Positions 57,892 to 64,000 of a stretch of 64,000 nucleotides of DNA are shown one piece after another. Each line of letters begins with the position of its first letter. Position 1 is the stretch's first letter. A program made the translations under genes and the position numbers. The DNA is from a virus (lineage: Duplodnaviria; Caudoviricetes), in IMG/VR virus record IMGVR_UViG_3300028886_000060, positions 1 through 64,000 of that record. One strand, written 5' to 3'. The notes beneath the pieces were generated by a model, which searched no databases, was not told where the DNA came from, and was given only the letters and a program-made list of their open reading frames with translations.

Positions 57892-59157
57892 TTAAAATCC
57901 GTAATCTTCGTCGTCTTCAATCTGAGCAGCAACCTTTGCTTTGAGGCGTGCAAGCTTTTCGTTATCTTCACGAAGCTTAGCTTCAGCAGCTGCAATTCTT
58001 GCCTGCTCTGCAGCAACTTCTTTATCGATACGAATCTGCTTACGTTTCTCAATAAATGCTGCTTTATCGATTTCAAGTTTATCAATGAAATTCTTGGTGA
58101 ATGTACAACCTGCAGAATGAATGTGTCCACCATATGAAAGTGAACCACATTCCTTGCCGTATGTATTAGCAAGATAATGCACAAGAGCATTACAGTTAGC
58201 ACCGTTTGCTTCATCTGAATAGAATGTATACCACCATTTGGTTCCATCAAAGTTGAACTTACATACAGCTTTGCTATTATCATACATATCCTGGAATATT
58301 GATGAATTACCAGCAATAGCATTGAGGAAGCATACATCAACACCATTTACGTTTGCATAGAATCCATTAGAAAGATTCCTAGCATCAGTAAGTTCTCTGT
58401 ATTTGAGGATGACGGTTCCATTGTTGATCATGTTCTCCATGAAAGCTGCCTGTTCCTTGGGATCTGTTTCATCGAACAATGAATCCCATATATGGTTCAA
58501 AGGATGCTTGCTTTCAGATAAACTAAATCCAGCACAGAAAGCTTTTGTCTCAACGATCTTATGTTTCCAGATATCATTATCATCAATGAATCTGAGAGCA
58601 TCCGGTACGAGAGTGATGAGTCTCTCTGTGTTTATTTTTTCACCTTTCTTGTCAATAGGGCATCCCTCATTATCAACAAGACAGCATCTTCTACGGAGAT
58701 CATCATCATCGAATTCAAACTTTACTGAATTTGGATTCTTTCTATTTTCATCAGTGAAGATATCTGAATAGATCCATGTGAGCATTGCTCCTGATATACC
58801 GTTTTTCATAAACGGAATGTATTTTTCATTTGCCTCATGTGCTGCAAAAGCTTCCTTATGCTCTTCATAATATCTTATACCTGAATCATGATGATCTATA
58901 TGAACAACTATTGCGCCACGTTCAATACAGTAATCAATGAATGCATGTACTGATTTACACATTGAGATGTCAACGATGTAAACAATTTCATTCTCGTGCA
59001 ATTCCGGATATTTCTTTGTGAGATCACCGTTATAATTGTACTCAATGAAATCAGTTGGTTGAATAATCTCCATTGGACGAACGGTGTTGATATATCTCTT
59101 TGTGAGATATGCAGCACAACGTCCATCATCGTCGTTATGATGAAGAATCTTAGACAT
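57892..59157 (-). CDS. DHH-family phosphoesterase (NrnB-like)
   Basis: Motifs HHNDDDG, IVD, IDHH, DDNDIW and GGHIHSAG. Confidence 0.9.
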   Translation of the reverse strand: MSKILHHNDDDGRCAAYLTKRYINTVRPMEIIQPTDFIEYNYNGDLTKKYPELHENEIVYIVDISMCKSVHAFIDYCIERGAIVVHIDHHDSGIRYYEEHKEAFAAHEANEKYIPFMKNGISGAMLTWIYSDIFTDENRKNPNSVKFEFDDDDLRRRCCLVDNEGCPIDKKGEKINTERLITLVPDALRFIDDNDIWKHKIVETKAFCAGFSLSESKHPLNHIWDSLFDETDPKEQAAFMENMINNGTVILKYRELTDARNLSNGFYANVNGVDVCFLNAIAGNSSIFQDMYDNSKAVCKFNFDGTKWWYTFYSDEANGANCNALVHYLANTYGKECGSLSYGGHIHSAGCTFTKNFIDKLEIDKAAFIEKRKQIRIDKEVAAEQARIAAAEAKLREDNEKLARLKAKVAAQIEDDEDYGF

Positions 59158-59158
59158 T

Positions 59159-59488
59159 TTATTTTCCTCCTTGTTTTAATATCTTATTGATATTCTTTCC
59201 TGTAGTGTCAAGGAATTTTGCTATATCATATTCACAGAAGTTATTATCCATGAGATCCTTGACCATTTTATATTTTCCTTCTGATGTATTGGTATCATAG
59301 TAAACATAGTTCTTGGAAGCATTTACATCAGGGAGTATTATTGTTACTCCCTGACGCATTGTTATCGTGACAAATTCTGTCTCGGTAAACATGTTTATTC
59401 CAATTGCTTTTGATTCTATGTCATCTACAGACATACCATGCATCGTTACAAGGATAACTACAAGCTCATCTAATTTACCGAGCTCCAT
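59159..59488 (-). CDS. hypothetical protein with a C-terminal HTH-like segment
   Basis: 109 aa with SD GAGGTG. Confidence 0.65.
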   Translation of the reverse strand: MELGKLDELVVILVTMHGMSVDDIESKAIGINMFTETEFVTITMRQGVTIILPDVNASKNYVYYDTNTSEGKYKMVKDLMDNNFCEYDIAKFLDTTGKNINKILKQGGK

Positions 59489-59493
59489 TTATA

Positions 59494-60222
59494 TCACCTC
59501 GCGAATCTATGTCTTGCTCCTTCGATGACTGTTTCCCAGCCTTCATCAGTTGTTTCTTTTGAAATATATTCTCTCCATCTATCATCAGAAAGATACTTAT
59601 CATAGAAAGTATGATCATATTCAATATCATCAAACAGATAAGGAGTTTTCTCCTGAAGGATAAGAAGCAAAGGAATGAAGATTTCCTTGATGTGTGTATG
59701 AGCACCCTTTGCACATCTGAGTGCCAAAAGATTACGAAGTGATCTTACATTGATAGAGAAACGCATCTCACATGCAACAGAAAGATTCAATACACTTCTT
59801 GCTTCCTGAGCTTCACAACCAGCGTTAAACATTTCAGTATATGCCTTTTCTGAAGCAGCACATGCATCCTTCCATGCAGCATACTTATATGAATCCTTTT
59901 CGAACTCGATAGGTTCTATGAATCTAACACCCTTATCGTATTTACAATAACGAGTTGATTCAACAGAATAAGATGCATGACGATGACGGGTAAGTTCTCT
60001 GAGAACACCCTGATCCATCTTGAGTACAAAGGAAAGCTGAACATGTTCAAGAACAGATGTGTGCCCTTTATCGATGCAATGTTTAGCTACATTACCGAAA
60101 TTCTCAACGGTAATCTTTCCTTCAGATTTGTAACATGTTCTTGCTGCGGTATCGATTTCAGCCAAAGCAGCGATACCGTCAAATTCATGCACAAACTGAA
60201 TTGATGGTTTTTCGATTATCAT
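59494..60222 (-). CDS. thyX: FAD-dependent thymidylate synthase
   Basis: GHTSVLEH, RELTRHRHASYSVESTRY (RHRX7S), EARSVL and LALR motifs. Confidence 0.92.
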   Translation of the reverse strand: MIIEKPSIQFVHEFDGIAALAEIDTAARTCYKSEGKITVENFGNVAKHCIDKGHTSVLEHVQLSFVLKMDQGVLRELTRHRHASYSVESTRYCKYDKGVRFIEPIEFEKDSYKYAAWKDACAASEKAYTEMFNAGCEAQEARSVLNLSVACEMRFSINVRSLRNLLALRCAKGAHTHIKEIFIPLLLILQEKTPYLFDDIEYDHTFYDKYLSDDRWREYISKETTDEGWETVIEGARHRFAR

Positions 60223-60234
60223 TTCAATTCCTCC

Positions 60235-60999
60235 TTATTCAGAAACTAATCCTGATACATCATGATCATCTATAGGTACTGTGAATGCTCTTTTGATACC
60301 AAAAGCACTCTCAGCCTGGCGCTTTGCCGAAGCAGCATCGTAAGCACATGCGATATACGAATACCTATTATCTTCGATACGTTCAACAATTCCGACTGTG
60401 TCCGGTTTATAGTCGTCTGTCTCTTCACAGCTCACTATCTGTGTTGTATCATTATCTATAATACCTATAACACGATATGTTTTAAGTTCAGACGGTTCAC
60501 TTTCACCCAGTATATCAGAAGAGATTTCATGTGTTGGTGCAAGCATTGACAATGCTGAATAGATTGACAGATGATGGAACATTGTAGCTGTTACATTGTT
60601 AACATCAAATACCATAAGCATTGCTATATCATGATCTGTCAGATTAGGATTATGAGCTCTGTAATCAACAGAAATCTGGAAGCCTTTCAAGATATCTGTA
60701 AGCTGAGCGATCATGCTCTGAACAAACTTCTGTGTATCTTCATCATCATTACCGGCTGTCTGCAAAAGATTGTACTGAATATTGCGCAGAGCAACCATAT
60801 TATCCTGAAGATGAGCTATCTGTGAAATAGCATTATCCCAATCAAGATTATTGGGATCTACCAGGAAAGTTTCACCAGTACAGAGTGACAACTGGATGTA
60901 GCCCGAGTTATCGAAGTCGTCTGTAGGTACTTCCGTTGTTGTTTCCTGTGAGTTTGTCATGTTTGCAATGACTGAATTGAGTAAATCTTTGTGATCCAT
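60235..60999 (-). CDS. hypothetical protein
   Basis: 254 aa with SD AAGGAG. Confidence 0.7.
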   Translation of the reverse strand: MDHKDLLNSVIANMTNSQETTTEVPTDDFDNSGYIQLSLCTGETFLVDPNNLDWDNAISQIAHLQDNMVALRNIQYNLLQTAGNDDEDTQKFVQSMIAQLTDILKGFQISVDYRAHNPNLTDHDIAMLMVFDVNNVTATMFHHLSIYSALSMLAPTHEISSDILGESEPSELKTYRVIGIIDNDTTQIVSCEETDDYKPDTVGIVERIEDNRYSYIACAYDAASAKRQAESAFGIKRAFTVPIDDHDVSGLVSE

Positions 61000-61001
61000 T
61001 C

Positions 61002-61127
61002 TTACTTTCTCCTTTTCGATTTAGAATTGTTATTTTTCTTACGAGCATCAGATACTCGTTTAAGAACATCTTCGAGTCTTGGTGACTCTTCTACTTGTGG
61101 TGTATTCTTCTTTTTAGTTTCTTTCAT
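61002..61127 (-). CDS. 41-aa basic microprotein (MKETKKKNTPQ...)
   Basis: SD GGAGGTG; ATGA-coupled to the upstream ORF. Confidence 0.55.
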   Translation of the reverse strand: MKETKKKNTPQVEESPRLEDVLKRVSDARKKNNNSKSKRRK

Positions 61128-61273
61128 AACTTACCAACACCTCCACTTTTTATTTCCGGTATAGGAAATGGGTGTGATGAAGGTTTGTCATCAGGATCAT
61201 AGATAGGTTCTTCTATGATGGTTGTTGTCATTTCACCATCTCTATCTATGGGGGAATCCTTTTCATGTTTCAT
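61124..61273 (-). CDS. 49-aa hypothetical protein (MKHEKDSPID...)
   Basis: SD AAGGAGGT before ATG at 61273. Confidence 0.6.
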   Translation of the reverse strand: MKHEKDSPIDRDGEMTTTIIEEPIYDPDDKPSSHPFPIPEIKSGGVGKL

Positions 61274-61287
61274 GGTGTACCTCCTTA

Positions 61288-61300
61288 CACAGAATTGTAA
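61288..61300 (+). promoter_or_regulatory. late-type promoter variant (CACA-N6-TAA)
   Basis: Precedes the holin. Confidence 0.45.
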
Positions 61301-61358
61301 TGAACAGTTGTACCCGTTCATCGATAAAATTATATGTATACGAAAGAAGGAAATTATT

Positions 61359-61796
61359 ATGTTGGAATTCTCAATTATCACAATCTCATCATTCGTAACA
61401 ATCCTCGACGAAACTGTTAAGACTATATCACAACAGGTATTCAAGAAAGATGTTAAGAAATTCTTACCATTGCTTTCTGTAATATTTGGTATAGGCCTTG
61501 GTATCATAGGTTTCTATACACCTGGTGTTGATATGGGCAATAACCTTGTTGAAGCTATATTCATTGGTTTATCCGCAGGCTCTGCTGCTACAGGTGTAAA
61601 TCAAATAACAAAGCAACTCAACAAAAAAGATACTCCTGAGGTACAGTTAAATCCATTTGATCTTTCTCAATTTATAAAAGACCAGACAGAAGTAACTGAA
61701 AAAGATGCGAATAATCCATACGGTGTATCAACAGTATTACTCAATGCAACAGCAACCGAGGAACCTGTTGAAGAAGAGAAAAAAGAAACGGAATAA
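61359..61796 (+). CDS. phage holin
   Basis: KFLPLLSVIFGIGLG...IGLSAGSAATGVNQITKQ, a Firmicutes-phage holin pattern, with an acidic tail. Confidence 0.8.
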   Translation: MLEFSIITISSFVTILDETVKTISQQVFKKDVKKFLPLLSVIFGIGLGIIGFYTPGVDMGNNLVEAIFIGLSAGSAATGVNQITKQLNKKDTPEVQLNPFDLSQFIKDQTEVTEKDANNPYGVSTVLLNATATEEPVEEEKKETE

Positions 61797-61809
61797 AAAT
61801 AACAGATAT

Positions 61810-61832
61810 GGTTGGGGCGTAATGCCCCAACC
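61810..61832. terminator. bidirectional hairpin terminator
   Basis: GGTTGGGGC-GTAAT-GCCCCAACC. Confidence 0.7.
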
Positions 61833-61840
61833 TTTATCCG

Positions 61841-62116
61841 TTAATCAGTATTTTTTGTGTATGTAAATTTTATGTCACCATCTTTATAGACGGTGAACTC
61901 GGATGATAAGACTTCGGGGTTTCCACCAAAAGCCTTGATGATGTCATCAACATATTTCTGAATCTTAGAAGTATAACCTCTTCCTTTCTGAGGAAGTCTT
62001 GTTAAAACGTTTCGTTCTGATCTCGAAAGTTTAATTTCTACGTCTTCATTATCATATGCAATGACATAGCCGTTTGTTGAAATATTTACCTTTTTTAACT
62101 GTTTGCCTTTTTTCAT
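61841..62116 (-). CDS. hypothetical basic protein
   Basis: 91 aa with SD GAGGAAGGT. Confidence 0.65.
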   Translation of the reverse strand: MKKGKQLKKVNISTNGYVIAYDNEDVEIKLSRSERNVLTRLPQKGRGYTSKIQKYVDDIIKAFGGNPEVLSSEFTVYKDGDIKFTYTKNTD

Positions 62117-62149
62117 AATCCTATAACCTTCCTCTGTTAATTAATAAAT

Positions 62150-63178
62150 TTATGAGAAATGATTGTACCTTCCATCTCCCCAGAAACTTGTATAATGAGG
62201 GAATTCATTCTGATGAGCAAAGTAATAATTTACTGCATCCTTACAAGATTGAGTTACACATGAATGATAATATCCGGTTGCATAAGAAGGATTAAACTGA
62301 TAAGGAGCTGTGAGTACATTGTATATTGTACTCGGGAGACCGTTTGTCCATCCTCCATCCCGTACTCTGTTCATTACGGTTGCAACTACGCATGCTTTAT
62401 CATATATTGACACAATATCAGAACCATATTCATGTCCAACTGTGTTACAGAGATAAATGTACTCTAACTCTGTGACATAGTCTAAAGCAGAACCGGATGC
62501 TGTTACCACAGGTGTTTGTGGTGCTGGTTCTACATACGGTGTAACTATTTCTATATCAGGATTGCATTCTGAACATCTTTTGCATTCAATACCTTCAGTA
62601 GAATTGATCTCATAACATTCATTATTAAACCATCTACAAGTATTCTTATGTACATAATGGGTTGATGGCTTGTACACTATATACTCTGAAGTTTCTTCAG
62701 GTATGTCATTATATGTATCAACCTCAATAACATCATTTTCTACATTAACTTGAACGGTTGTCTCCACTGTAGCGGTTGTTGTGGTGGACTCCATCAATGT
62801 TGTTGTAAGATTTGTTGTTGTGGTTGACTCAGTCGTTTCCTCAGTTGTCGAAGTTGTCAACGAGGTTGTCGTCGTTGTAGTAGTTGTTGTCTCCACAGGA
62901 ACTGTTGTTGTTATTTTAGAAAGAGAGATACCGACTGCCATAACAGCTGTTTTCGATGGTAATATCATGATACCTACACGCGGTTCTTCGGATTTCACGA
63001 CAACACCATCTGCAGGTCCAAATACCTGTGCTGTTGTTGTGAAAGATATCATCATTACAAGCATAATTCCAGTTATCATGCCAATGATGGATAATTTACG
63101 TCTGTTAATAGCATCCGATATTCTCTTACGGACGACGCCTTTATTTTCTTTTTCCTCGTTGAATTTTAATTTGTTCAT
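62150..63178 (-). CDS. membrane-anchored SleB/Hydrolase_2-like cell wall hydrolase
   Basis: N-terminal TM, Thr-rich linker, HKNTC...CKRCSECNP Zn-like module, and VGHE...VVATVMNRV...TIYNVLTAPYQF catalytic domain. Confidence 0.8.
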   Translation of the reverse strand: MNKLKFNEEKENKGVVRKRISDAINRRKLSIIGMITGIMLVMMISFTTTAQVFGPADGVVVKSEEPRVGIMILPSKTAVMAVGISLSKITTTVPVETTTTTTTTTSLTTSTTEETTESTTTTNLTTTLMESTTTTATVETTVQVNVENDVIEVDTYNDIPEETSEYIVYKPSTHYVHKNTCRWFNNECYEINSTEGIECKRCSECNPDIEIVTPYVEPAPQTPVVTASGSALDYVTELEYIYLCNTVGHEYGSDIVSIYDKACVVATVMNRVRDGGWTNGLPSTIYNVLTAPYQFNPSYATGYYHSCVTQSCKDAVNYYFAHQNEFPHYTSFWGDGRYNHFS

Positions 63179-63399
63179 ATAAAACTTCCTTTCGATTGAT
63201 TGGGGTTTGCTTGTGTTTACATGTCCTAGCAGAGCATTCGCTATAAATTTACTAAGACACTTGGACCATCTGGACCTTTCTTGTCACGATCGTTGTTTTA
63301 CACACACAATTGAAAGAAATAGGATTATCTGGTGCGCAACATGGCTGACGCCAATTTTTCACCATATCTTATTGTTGACTTGATTGGTTTTTATTTTTA

Positions 63400-63412
63400 A
63401 ACTCGAATGTAA
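63400..63412 (+). promoter_or_regulatory. late-type promoter (AACT-N6-TAA)
   Basis: Precedes the last + strand ORF. Confidence 0.5.
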
Positions 63413-63479
63413 AGAATATTACTATGTTTCCGAGACCGTAGTGATTTCTAAGAAAACATATGAAAGGGAGCTAATAAAA

Positions 63480-63923
63480 ATGTCGACCGCACAAATCACA
63501 ATAACGATCTTATCAGCTGTGCTCGGCACTGGTGGTATTGCATCTGCAATAGTTTCACTGTTTAGTATTCGAAAATACAAAGCAGAAGCGAAGCTTCTTG
63601 AACAGCAAGCAGAAGCAAGTAGACTTGAAACCGAGCAGAAAATGAATGAGTATATACGTACTCAATTGAAAGAATTGTCTGAAACGTATAAGACTGAATC
63701 AGATGATTTGAGAAAGCAGAATAGGGAACTTAATGACAAGATCACCACACTCAATGACAGACTTAACCAGTTGCTAAGTTGGATTGTTACAGATAACAAT
63801 GCCTACAGAACCTGGTTAGAAAATGAATTATTAAAGTTAAAGCCAGACATTGAGTTCCCGAAATGTAAGCCTGCACCCGGCTTTTCGGATGATCAACATG
63901 CAGAGTCAAATGGAGAATGTTAA
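63480..63923 (+). CDS. single-TM coiled-coil protein, possible holin/lysis accessory
   Basis: SD AAAGGGAG; ITILSAVLGTGGIASAIVSLF followed by a coiled coil. Confidence 0.65.
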   Translation: MSTAQITITILSAVLGTGGIASAIVSLFSIRKYKAEAKLLEQQAEASRLETEQKMNEYIRTQLKELSETYKTESDDLRKQNRELNDKITTLNDRLNQLLSWIVTDNNAYRTWLENELLKLKPDIEFPKCKPAPGFSDDQHAESNGEC

Positions 63924-63927
63924 ACAT

Positions 63928-63949
63928 ATGGGCGGCAATTGCCGCCCAT
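63928..63949. terminator. hairpin terminator
   Basis: ATGGGCGGCA-AT-TGCCGCCCAT. Confidence 0.6.
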
Positions 63950-64000
63950 CAGACCTCTTCCTTCTTTTTAATTATCTCTGCTTCCTGAAGTTCTTTGATT

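Noticed and set aside
63180-63415. c-di-AMP (ydaO) riboswitch upstream of the cell wall hydrolase
   Set aside because: The consensus elements could not be found by eye.
1-64000. Stop-codon reassignment
   Set aside because: Coding density is high under the standard code, and TAA, TGA and TAG all end genes cleanly.
1-64000. tRNA or rRNA genes
   Set aside because: No cloverleaf with T-loop/D-loop consensus was recognised in the intergenic regions.

Overview
This AT-rich 64-kb window comes from a phiKZ/AR9-related jumbo phage, probably infecting a Gram-positive (Firmicutes-type) anaerobe; the host is inferred from strong SD sites, a SleB-like hydrolase and an NrdD-like glycyl-radical domain. 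It carries a split family-B DNA polymerase subunit, two split multisubunit RNA polymerase subunits (beta-like and beta'-C-like), large virion, head and tail-fibre genes on the + strand, and long runs of small hypothetical genes on the - strand. It also encodes ThyX, DHH and calcineurin-like phosphoesterases, an RlmN-like radical SAM enzyme and lysis genes. Two phage promoter motifs can be read from the sequence: early-type TANATATTATTWATAYG and late-type NACN-N6-TAA. The most unusual feature is an ORF-poor locus at about 21680-22370 that looks like three tandem minus-strand small RNA genes. Each has its own late-type promoter, a 5' hairpin, a cUUCGg terminator and, just before the terminator, a single-stranded segment complementary to a Shine-Dalgarno plus AUG. 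These segments match the ribosome-binding sites of three + strand late genes in this window. Other oddities are six small proteins sharing an N-terminal MNxR(I/Q)(R/K)KK tag, an RNAP-like DGDFDGD motif inside a non-polymerase protein, an RlmN-like enzyme lacking the resolving Cys, and unannotated acidic microproteins. All functional calls come from motif recognition by eye; no database searches were run.
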